NCBI GenBank assembly: GCA_964579515.1
Contig: CAZOHA010000003.1
Location: 12,346-76,345 of the forward strand
Reading direction: 5' to 3'
DNA length: 64,000 bases
Origin: an uncultured Bacteroides sp.
GTDB taxonomy: Bacteria; Bacteroidota; Bacteroidia; Bacteroidales; GCA-2748055
Both the position numbers and the translations under genes were made by a program. The notes under the pieces were generated by a model that saw only the letters and a program-made list of their open reading frames with translations, did not search any database and had not been told where the DNA came from. This document shows, in pieces, positions 55,612 through 62,251 of the stretch (positions within the stretch are counted from its first letter, which is position 1; the number at the start of each line of letters is the position of its first letter).

Positions 55612-56234
55612 CCACCAAAAGAATATATCTCTATCCCAAATGGGTTCGGTTGTGGCATACTATTAATGCCATCTGTTTTATACTGCTGCTGATCACCGGA
55701 CTCAGCATGCACTACGCTACTGCCGAGGGAGGCGGATTCATCAATTTCCGTGCCTCGGTCGGAATTCACAATGTGGCTGCCATTATTATGACCATCGGTT
55801 ATGCGGTCTTTGTCATGGGGAACATTGTGTCTTCCAACGGCCGCCACTACAAAGGCTGGAGAAAAGACCTGCTCCCAAAACTGATGAAACAGGCTCGCTT
55901 TTATGCCATTGGAATGTTCAGAGGAGAGCCTCATCCTTTCCCGGTGAGTGAGGAACAGAAATTTAATCCCCTGCAGCAGTTCTCTTATATCCTGGCCATG
56001 TATGTGGGTATGCCCCTTCTGATCATCTCCGGTATCGGCCTGTTATTTCCTGAGATCATTGCCTACACTGTTTTCGGGGTAAGCGGACTGGTACTGACCG
56101 ACATGCTGCACATCATCATGGGATTTGTACTTACTCTCTTCCTGATGATCCACCTCTACACATGCACTCTGGGAGAGAAGCCCGGTACACTATTCAGGGG
56201 AATTGCCAACGGGTACCATGAGGTGCACGAATAG
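55608..56234 (+). CDS. 4-TM b-type cytochrome (Ni_hydr_CYTB / PhsC / FdnI-like)
   Basis: LYPKWVRLWHTINAICFILLLITGLSMHY opening is typical of the family, with conserved His in TM1, TM2 and TM4. ATGA overlap with the heptaheme gene. Confidence 0.75.
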   Translation: MTTKRIYLYPKWVRLWHTINAICFILLLITGLSMHYATAEGGGFINFRASVGIHNVAAIIMTIGYAVFVMGNIVSSNGRHYKGWRKDLLPKLMKQARFYAIGMFRGEPHPFPVSEEQKFNPLQQFSYILAMYVGMPLLIISGIGLLFPEIIAYTVFGVSGLVLTDMLHIIMGFVLTLFLMIHLYTCTLGEKPGTLFRGIANGYHEVHE

Positions 56235-56282
56235 TTTTGCATGAAAATTGATTATATTTAGATAACCAAAAAAGAAAGTGTT

Positions 56283-56714
56283 ATGAAAACTGCGAGATTT
56301 CTATCATTATCCATGGGGATCGCTTTTATAGGACTGGTGATGACATCCATGAACGGCACCGGTTTCAATCCCCAGGAGTGGCCACCTGCCGAACCATGGG
56401 ATGTTCCGGAGGAATATGTAAACATGGAGAATCCCGTTGAAGCAGATGCCCAGAGTCTGCGTCTCGGAGGCATGCTATACAAGAAGCATTGCGCTTCCTG
56501 CCATGGAAGGAACGGGCTCGGAGACGGTCCCAAGGCAAGAACCCTGGAAACCTTTTCAGGGGATTTCTCAAGTGACTACTATCAGAATCAGACCGACGGT
56601 GAACACTTCTATAAGACCAAGTACGGACGCGGTGAAATGCCGGGGTACGAGGGAAAGGTCAGTGATGAGGATATCTGGCACATGGTCAATTACATGAGAA
56701 CCTTTGACGACTAG
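56283..56714 (+). CDS. class-I monoheme cytochrome c
   Basis: N-terminal hydrophobic signal or anchor. LYKKHCASCHGRNGLGDG and a distal Met in GRGEMPGY. Confidence 0.8.
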   Translation: MKTARFLSLSMGIAFIGLVMTSMNGTGFNPQEWPPAEPWDVPEEYVNMENPVEADAQSLRLGGMLYKKHCASCHGRNGLGDGPKARTLETFSGDFSSDYYQNQTDGEHFYKTKYGRGEMPGYEGKVSDEDIWHMVNYMRTFDD

Positions 56715-56739
56715 TTGAAAGGACAACCAGTTTTTTCAG

Positions 56740-56771
56740 AAGGGTGCCCCTGTGCGGCACCCTTTTTTTTT
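56740..56771 (+). terminator. rho-independent terminator of the cytochrome operon
   Basis: AAGGGTGCC (56740-56748) / GGCACCCTT (56756-56764), with the T run continuing to 56771. Confidence 0.85.
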
Positions 56772-56995
56772 ATGGCTTTATTACCGGTTGATTTCTAATG
56801 CGCTTAAAGACCGGCGCTCAGAATTTTTTCCTGGCGACTGAAATTCTACGAATTATCGGTCGCCTCAAAAATGTAAGCGAGTGGATAAAGTGGCTGTTTC
56901 TGAAGAGCTTTTTTCCGAAATTCTGGTATTCCCTTTCCGCAAATCAAAACTCAACCAAATTGTTACTCCGTGAAATCGGAAAACGGAACCCCCTG

Positions 56996-57089
56996 CAATC
57001 AAAGAACAGAAACCTCCATCACCGGAATACAGATATCCCCGAAACCGGAACACAGAAACCCGCCGCACCAAAAAAGAAACCGCCTCATA
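56996..57089. repeat. degenerate ~23-24-nt tandem repeats in a long convergent spacer
   Basis: ACCGGAATACAGATATCCCC (57021-57040) versus ACCGGAACACAGAAACCCGC (57044-57063) share 16/20 positions. Weaker flanking copies (AAAGAACAGAAACCTCC, ACCAAAAAAGAAACCGCC) are present. Confidence 0.4.
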
Positions 57090-57136
57090 TTATGTAAATA
57101 CAAGACGGCCTCCTCTTCTGACGGTTTCAGGGAACC

Positions 57137-58159
57137 CTATTCAGTCACATAATCGTAGCCCATAATGGCTCCTTCAGTCCACTGGGACTTGGGCGTGTCG
57201 TCGTAGATCATGCCGTTGGCACCAAAAAGAAGGGATTTGGCATCGTACCCGATCACTCTGAGATAGGCAGCCATATTGGCGCTGGTCTGACCGGTATAGC
57301 AATAAACGACCACTGCTTGCCCTGCAGGCAGTGTCTTCAGGTCGGTATCCAGGGCAATGGAAGCTTTGGGCGTGTATTGCATCGCGCCGGGAATATGACC
57401 CGGAACCAGATATTCGGCCTCGGGCCAGTAGTTGACGATATAGTAGTTATCCAAAGAACCGAAAACCTCTGCATTGGTCGCTCTGGCCGGAGTAAAACCT
57501 TCAGCAAAAACAGCATCGATCCTTGCGGCCAGGATCTCCTCACCCGTTTCAAAGCCGGTAGTCAGAACCGGAAGGTCGCCTTCAGCACCCTTCTCGGTCA
57601 CATCAGAAGTAAACTGTGTGGAATACTGATTGCTGACATTGTTTTGCCAGCTGCCGGCAAAGTCCGCATGCCAGGAGGACATCCCGAACTTCATGGAAAA
57701 GGCATTGTCATAACCGGCCAGCCGGAGCAGACAGGTCACCCATGCCGCGCTCTGACCGGAGTAGCATACAATGTGTATCTCGTCCTTGGAATCATCATCG
57801 GTGGTTCCCTCGAGGTGGTCCAGCACATCTGTAGCTGGCACATTCACTGCATTTTCAATGTGCCCGGCATTGTAGTCAGCTGCCTGGCGGACATCAATAA
57901 TATAGTTGGCCCCTGTGGTATTCAGCGTTTTCACATACTCGGCTGATTTTATGGCGGGCATATCGGTGTTGGCATAGTTACCACCCGCAGCAGATTCCAG
58001 GTATTCCACCAGCACCTGTGCTTCATTAATCTCTTCTTCCTCCTTCTCACAGGATACGAGTGCAAAGGAAATAACCAGGATGGCCAGTAGCCACGTTCTC
58101 ATCTTCAACATCATTTTCATTTTAAGTATTGGTTTGGTTAAACAATCATCAATCGGCAA
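57137..58159 (-). CDS. double-rhodanese lipoprotein (sulfurtransferase) with acidic post-Cys tract
   Basis: Lipobox ALVSC followed by EKEEEE. Two rhodanese modules each have a Cys loop (IVCYSGQSAAW and VYCYTGQTSANM). The probable start is Met at 58120. Confidence 0.8.
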   Translation of the reverse strand: MPIDDCLTKPILKMKMMLKMRTWLLAILVISFALVSCEKEEEEINEAQVLVEYLESAAGGNYANTDMPAIKSAEYVKTLNTTGANYIIDVRQAADYNAGHIENAVNVPATDVLDHLEGTTDDDSKDEIHIVCYSGQSAAWVTCLLRLAGYDNAFSMKFGMSSWHADFAGSWQNNVSNQYSTQFTSDVTEKGAEGDLPVLTTGFETGEEILAARIDAVFAEGFTPARATNAEVFGSLDNYYIVNYWPEAEYLVPGHIPGAMQYTPKASIALDTDLKTLPAGQAVVVYCYTGQTSANMAAYLRVIGYDAKSLLFGANGMIYDDTPKSQWTEGAIMGYDYVTE

Positions 58160-58167
58160 TTAATTCG

Positions 58168-59538
58168 CTAATTCACCCATCCCGGGGGCAGTTCGCCATC
58201 CACCGCAATGGAAGCATTGGCACCCAGTTCCCACTCAAAATCATCCAGGTCGGACTCAAAAAGGTAAAGACCCTTATTGATCAGGGAGTCCCCCTCGGTC
58301 CGGATATGACAGCTGGTATAGCAATCGCCGTCGGTCTCGGTCCGGGAGGTCCACCGCTTAATGTTATGGGGCGAGGTGTAGTTATAGGTGGGCAGGGCGT
58401 TAAAATTCTCATAATCTTCCAATCCGTAGGCCTCCCAGTTGTCGGGTGCTCCCAGCGTCCGCCGGACCAGCACGAATTTGAAACCTTCCTTCAGGTCTGG
58501 AATGGGATTGAGTGCGATCTTGAAATCCAGGTAGGCCGGAATCCGTGCGCCCTCTCCATGAATATGGCAGGCTGCACAGTTATTATAATCCTGAGAGTGG
58601 CATACCTGGCAGTTGAAATCATCGTAATGGAGGGTGTGGTAACTATTACTGGTCTCCAGGTTGGTATGGCAATTCTCACATTCCGGCAATTCACTGTATG
58701 CGTAGCGCTGTTCCACCGGTTCGCCATTTCCGTGAAGTTCATGTCCGTCATGACAGGCCAGGCATTCAAAGCCGCCCTCTTCCAGATGGATATCCGGATC
58801 GGTTCCCGGGGCCACCCCCAGGTAAGCATGACCTCCCCTGGAGGTGTGACAGGTGACACACACATTGAGCATGTCGGGTGTCTTATTAAAATTGTGGCCG
58901 TTCGACAATCCGCCGCCTCCGACAGCCGGCCGGACCACATGGCAGTTCCCGCAGGTCCCGTGGCAATGGGCGCAGTTATTGTTATATCCTTCGATCTTCT
59001 TTGGATGGAGCTGATCGAAGTCTTCCGAACTGCTGAATCCGCTCCGGATGGCCACTTTTCGCTTCTGCCCCGTTCCGTTGTGCAGGCTGGTCGGAAACAC
59101 ATCGGTGATCTCCTCGTGACAGGCGGAACACTTCTCCTCATAAAACATGGAGGGGGATGCTATCCAGTCGCCCGAATGGGCTTCGCTCTTATCGCCCGAA
59201 TCTCCGACGCCGTTATGACAGCCTGTGCAGCCTATGGAATAGTGCCCCGAAGCCTTAAATGCATCATAGCCCGTACCGCTGAGATGAACCCGGTCGTAAG
59301 GTTGATACTCCGGAGCCGTTCCCCCGCAACCTCCGGCAGGTGCCCCTGTATCGGGCGAATGCACGGCAATCAGACGTTCCAGGTCTGTATGGCACCCCTC
59401 GCAGGAGTTCGCTGAAATGGGTCCGCTTCCGCGACCGGGGATGGTATAATTGGTGCATCCCACAATGATCCAGCCCAGCATAAGACAAATACCTGCCAGG
59501 ACCACTTCTTTCATCTTTTTTCTCGATCCCATAATCAT
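58168..59538 (-). CDS. multiheme (10 CxxCH + 1 CxxxCH) c-type cytochrome lipoprotein
   Basis: Lipobox IIVGC. Motifs CEGCH, CTGCH, CSACH, CAHCH-GT-CGNCH, CVTCH, CLACH, CENCH, CQVCH and CAACH, plus CYTSCH. Probable start at 59514. Confidence 0.85.
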   Translation of the reverse strand: MIMGSRKKMKEVVLAGICLMLGWIIVGCTNYTIPGRGSGPISANSCEGCHTDLERLIAVHSPDTGAPAGGCGGTAPEYQPYDRVHLSGTGYDAFKASGHYSIGCTGCHNGVGDSGDKSEAHSGDWIASPSMFYEEKCSACHEEITDVFPTSLHNGTGQKRKVAIRSGFSSSEDFDQLHPKKIEGYNNNCAHCHGTCGNCHVVRPAVGGGGLSNGHNFNKTPDMLNVCVTCHTSRGGHAYLGVAPGTDPDIHLEEGGFECLACHDGHELHGNGEPVEQRYAYSELPECENCHTNLETSNSYHTLHYDDFNCQVCHSQDYNNCAACHIHGEGARIPAYLDFKIALNPIPDLKEGFKFVLVRRTLGAPDNWEAYGLEDYENFNALPTYNYTSPHNIKRWTSRTETDGDCYTSCHIRTEGDSLINKGLYLFESDLDDFEWELGANASIAVDGELPPGWVN

Positions 59539-59684
59539 CTCCGTTTTTTTGAGTAAAACTGCCCTGAAAATACTGCTGCACAGGGGTCCTATCGGGCTAT
59601 AAAGTTTGCTTATTTAGGTGAATTCCCAAAGGAAATGACACTGTTGTTAAAACATTAACAGATTGATCTGAACCTGTTAAAGAG

Positions 59685-59698
59685 ATGATCTGAGTCAA
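59685..59698. promoter_or_regulatory. imperfect FNR-type box aTGAT-N4-gTCAA
   Basis: ATGATCTGAGTCAA matches TTGAT-N4-ATCAA at 8/10 arm positions. It lies 53 nt upstream of the second Crp/Fnr start (59751), which is the same offset as the perfect box has from the first regulator. Confidence 0.45.
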
Positions 59699-59750
59699 TG
59701 TTTTTTATGATTCTTTTGTATATTGCCCCATTAATCCAAAAACAGCGAAG

Positions 59751-60446
59751 ATGGAGAACTCCATGCGCTTCACCGGATGTACCCTCAGTATGCACCAGTG
59801 TAAGTGCTTTGAAAAATTGTCACAGGAGGAGCGGGAGTTTCTGGATGCCCATTCTGTTTGGATCAAGTACAAGAGGGGTGAAATGATCTGTAAACAGGGC
59901 AGTTTTGTATCTCATGTGATCTACATGGAAAACGGACTGGCCAAAGTATTCCTCGACAATGGTATCAATACACTGGTACTGAGGATTATTCCCGATGGTA
60001 ACTTTTTGGGTCTGGCAGCCGTTTCGGAAGATTTCACCACCTTCCCGTATTCGGGAATGGCCTATATAGATTCAGATATCCGGCAGGTGGAAATCCAGGC
60101 CTTCAGGCAATTGATCGGTCAGAATCATGCCTTCGCCAAGGAGGTGATCGACATCATCAGCTCCAACAGTGTTCAGATTTACGGGCGGTTTTTCTGTCTC
60201 ACCTATAAGCAGGCTTTCGGAAGGCTTGCTGATATTCTGATCTGTCTGGCCGACCGGATCTTCCAGAGCAATGAATTCGATCTGCCCCTGACCCGGAAGG
60301 AACTGGGTGAATTGGCGGGAATGAGTCCCGAGACAGTGATCCGAATGCTGAAGGAATTCAATGACGAGGGCCTGATCAAAATGGACGGAAAATTCTTCCG
60401 GGTCCTGGACCATCCCCGGTTGAAAAAAATCAGCGAGGCCGGATAA
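59751..60446 (+). CDS. Crp/Fnr-family regulator with N-terminal Cys residues, paralog of 52510-53208
   Basis: MENSMRFTGCTLSMHQCKCF. The HTH TRKELGELAGMSPETVIRMLKEFNDEGLIKMDGKFFRVLDHPRLKKIS is nearly collinear with the first regulator. Confidence 0.8.
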   Translation: MENSMRFTGCTLSMHQCKCFEKLSQEEREFLDAHSVWIKYKRGEMICKQGSFVSHVIYMENGLAKVFLDNGINTLVLRIIPDGNFLGLAAVSEDFTTFPYSGMAYIDSDIRQVEIQAFRQLIGQNHAFAKEVIDIISSNSVQIYGRFFCLTYKQAFGRLADILICLADRIFQSNEFDLPLTRKELGELAGMSPETVIRMLKEFNDEGLIKMDGKFFRVLDHPRLKKISEAG

Positions 60447-60506
60447 GCTGGCTTACAGCGGACCTTTACCTCCAGGCACCTGCCCCCTGCAGGGCGCACC
60501 ACAATA

Positions 60507-60541
60507 GAACGGGTCCGGTTATCAGACATCCGGACCCGTTC
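60507..60541. terminator. bidirectional hairpin terminator between convergent genes
   Basis: GAACGGGTCCGG (60507-60518) / CCGGACCCGTTC (60530-60541), a 12-bp perfect stem flanked by A/T-rich sequence. Confidence 0.6.
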
Positions 60542-60578
60542 ATATATTTCTCAGCCTTCTGTTTCTCTGATAAAGTGC

Positions 60579-61652
60579 TTACTGGAACACAGACAGAGAA
60601 CTGTTTAACAGCGCTTTGGTATATGCAGGATTGTGTATCCCTCCGCTGGCATCTTCATGTACCAGCAGGTAGTTCCAGAGTGCACCGACCGAATCAGCCT
60701 GGTAGGTCACCTCCTCGATGGCATTACCGTCTTCATCTACCATACCGGCAGTGTTCAAAGCAGTTTGGAGGTCGGACAGCAGTCCTGCAATCTCGGTCAC
60801 CGCACCGTTAACGTCAAAGTCCGTGGCACCGGGGTGGCAGGTGGCACATCCCTCGATCCCGGCAACCCATGTATGTCCGCCGGTTTCATCGCCCCCTTCA
60901 TGCATGTGGCAGCTCACACAATCCGCTCCTGAAAGATGTGCACCGGTCACTGAAAGTTCCTCTCCAAATTCATAGCCGCCCAGTCCGTTGATGATATTGG
61001 CCTGTGGCCCGTAATGAGGTCCGTATCGGGGACTTACGAATACCGGAGCCGTACCGTCGGTATCATCGGCCGGATTTTTCCGCGACTGATGACAGATCAT
61101 GCACAGGTTTGACTCCTCGTTATCGAACTCTACCACATCTCCTCCGGCCAGCAGTGTAACGGGATCGGTGGTCCGGATCGCCGCATTGTGCTCATTTTCA
61201 AAATCCAGTGAATTATGGAATCCGTGGCAGGTTTCACAACGGATGGGCTGGGGAAGCAGGATGTCCGCAGCTGTCGTATCCTCGCCGGTCCACACTGTTT
61301 CCACAAATCCTTCGTGAGAATGGCACATGGCACAGTCATTTCTGCCACCTGCATATTGAACAGTGGTCGGACTGCCCGGATAAAAGGTCTGGCTGGTTCC
61401 GTGAAGCGATCCGGACCATTCGGCCGTCACCGCTTCTTTTACGGCATTGGTATGACATGCCAGGCAAACCACATTTCCGGCCACTCCGTCTGTACCGTCG
61501 GTCCCGTCTTCACCTGCGGGACCCTGCGGACCCGGAGGACCCTGTGGACCGGCCGGCCCCTGGGGACCTTCACAGCTGCCGAGTAGAAATGCACCCAATA
61601 ATAACAATGCAAATGCTCCCAGCAACGTGATCTTCATTTGGTTCTTTTTCAT
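60579..61652 (-). CDS. hexaheme c-type cytochrome lipoprotein with N-terminal collagen-like Gly-X-Y tract
   Basis: Lipobox LLGSC, then GPQGPAGPQGPPGPQGPAGEDGTDGTDGVAG. Six CxxCH motifs (CLACH, CAMCH, CETCH, CMICH, CVSCH, CATCH). C-terminal ...EDASGGIHNPAYTKALL. Confidence 0.85.
   Translation of the reverse strand: MKKNQMKITLLGAFALLLLGAFLLGSCEGPQGPAGPQGPPGPQGPAGEDGTDGTDGVAGNVVCLACHTNAVKEAVTAEWSGSLHGTSQTFYPGSPTTVQYAGGRNDCAMCHSHEGFVETVWTGEDTTAADILLPQPIRCETCHGFHNSLDFENEHNAAIRTTDPVTLLAGGDVVEFDNEESNLCMICHQSRKNPADDTDGTAPVFVSPRYGPHYGPQANIINGLGGYEFGEELSVTGAHLSGADCVSCHMHEGGDETGGHTWVAGIEGCATCHPGATDFDVNGAVTEIAGLLSDLQTALNTAGMVDEDGNAIEEVTYQADSVGALWNYLLVHEDASGGIHNPAYTKALLNSSLSVFQ
61476..61568 (-). repeat. 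collagen-like (Gly-X-Y)x10 coding tract with 9-bp periodic DNA repeat
   Basis: Codons for residues G29-G59 of the hexaheme protein. On the + strand the tract reads as reiterated GGnCCCTGn units. Confidence 0.8.
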
Positions 61653-62170
61653 GGCTAGTTGGATTTGCTCTAAAGATACCGGAGTCCGCTGTATGTTTCA
61701 ACGTCCCATGGCGGAGATATCTATACCATTTGAATGGATTTTTCGTAACATTCATCGATATAGATCGATATTCATGCTGGTATTTTTCGACTGAGTCTCT
61801 TTGATTTTCAAGAGATGCTGGTGTTATATAAAACATTGCGTAGTGTGGATCATTACAGTTTAGATTGATTTAAAATCAGCTGTAAACAGTAATTAGGATC
61901 GAATCTGTTCTGCATTGCATCATTTTTTATGTGGTAAAGTTGCTTTACCGCGCAATTCACATTCCCTACATAACCTGAAAGAAGAACCGCAAACCTGCTC
62001 CTGCGCGGTAAATTCAAAATGCCCCGGCAAGAGACGTGAGACGACTGTAACAACGGTCATGAAAAGCAGTGGGTCGATTTTTTGAGAACCAAAGAATCCT
62101 TTCCATCAGAGGGATCTAAAATAGCAGACCAACAAATCTGATTACCGGATTCGAATGTGGATTATTTTTA

Positions 62171-62178
62171 TAGTTTTG
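62171..62178 (+). promoter_or_regulatory. candidate -7 promoter box (TAnnTTTG)
   Basis: TAGTTTTG lies 74 nt upstream of ATG 62252. Confidence 0.35.
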
Positions 62179-62251
62179 CACCCATGACTATGAGACCTCT
62201 GGAACATTTTATACCTTGATGGGTCTTATCATTAGCAACGCGAACTAACCT

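Noticed and set aside
56798-57097. 99-aa + ORF (and the antisense 68-aa ORF) in the convergent spacer
   Set aside because: It lies downstream of a strong terminator, has a low-complexity Lys/Asn/Pro-rich translation and coincides with degenerate DNA repeats. I treated it as non-coding.
58129-59415. 428-aa + strand ORF overlapping the multiheme gene
   Set aside because: The minus strand carries a lipobox and ten CxxCH motifs. The + translation is low-complexity (Gly/Val/Ala/Ile-rich) with no recognisable motifs. Long antisense ORFs are common in this GC3-rich genome.
61853-62053. 66-aa - strand ORF in the 600-bp gap
   Set aside because: It has no signal, motif or coupling to neighbours, and the region is AT-rich with RNA-like stems.
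62130-62160. GGATTCGAA, a T-loop-like string suggesting a tRNA
   Set aside because: I could not build an acceptor stem, D arm or anticodon arm from the flanking ~80 nt.
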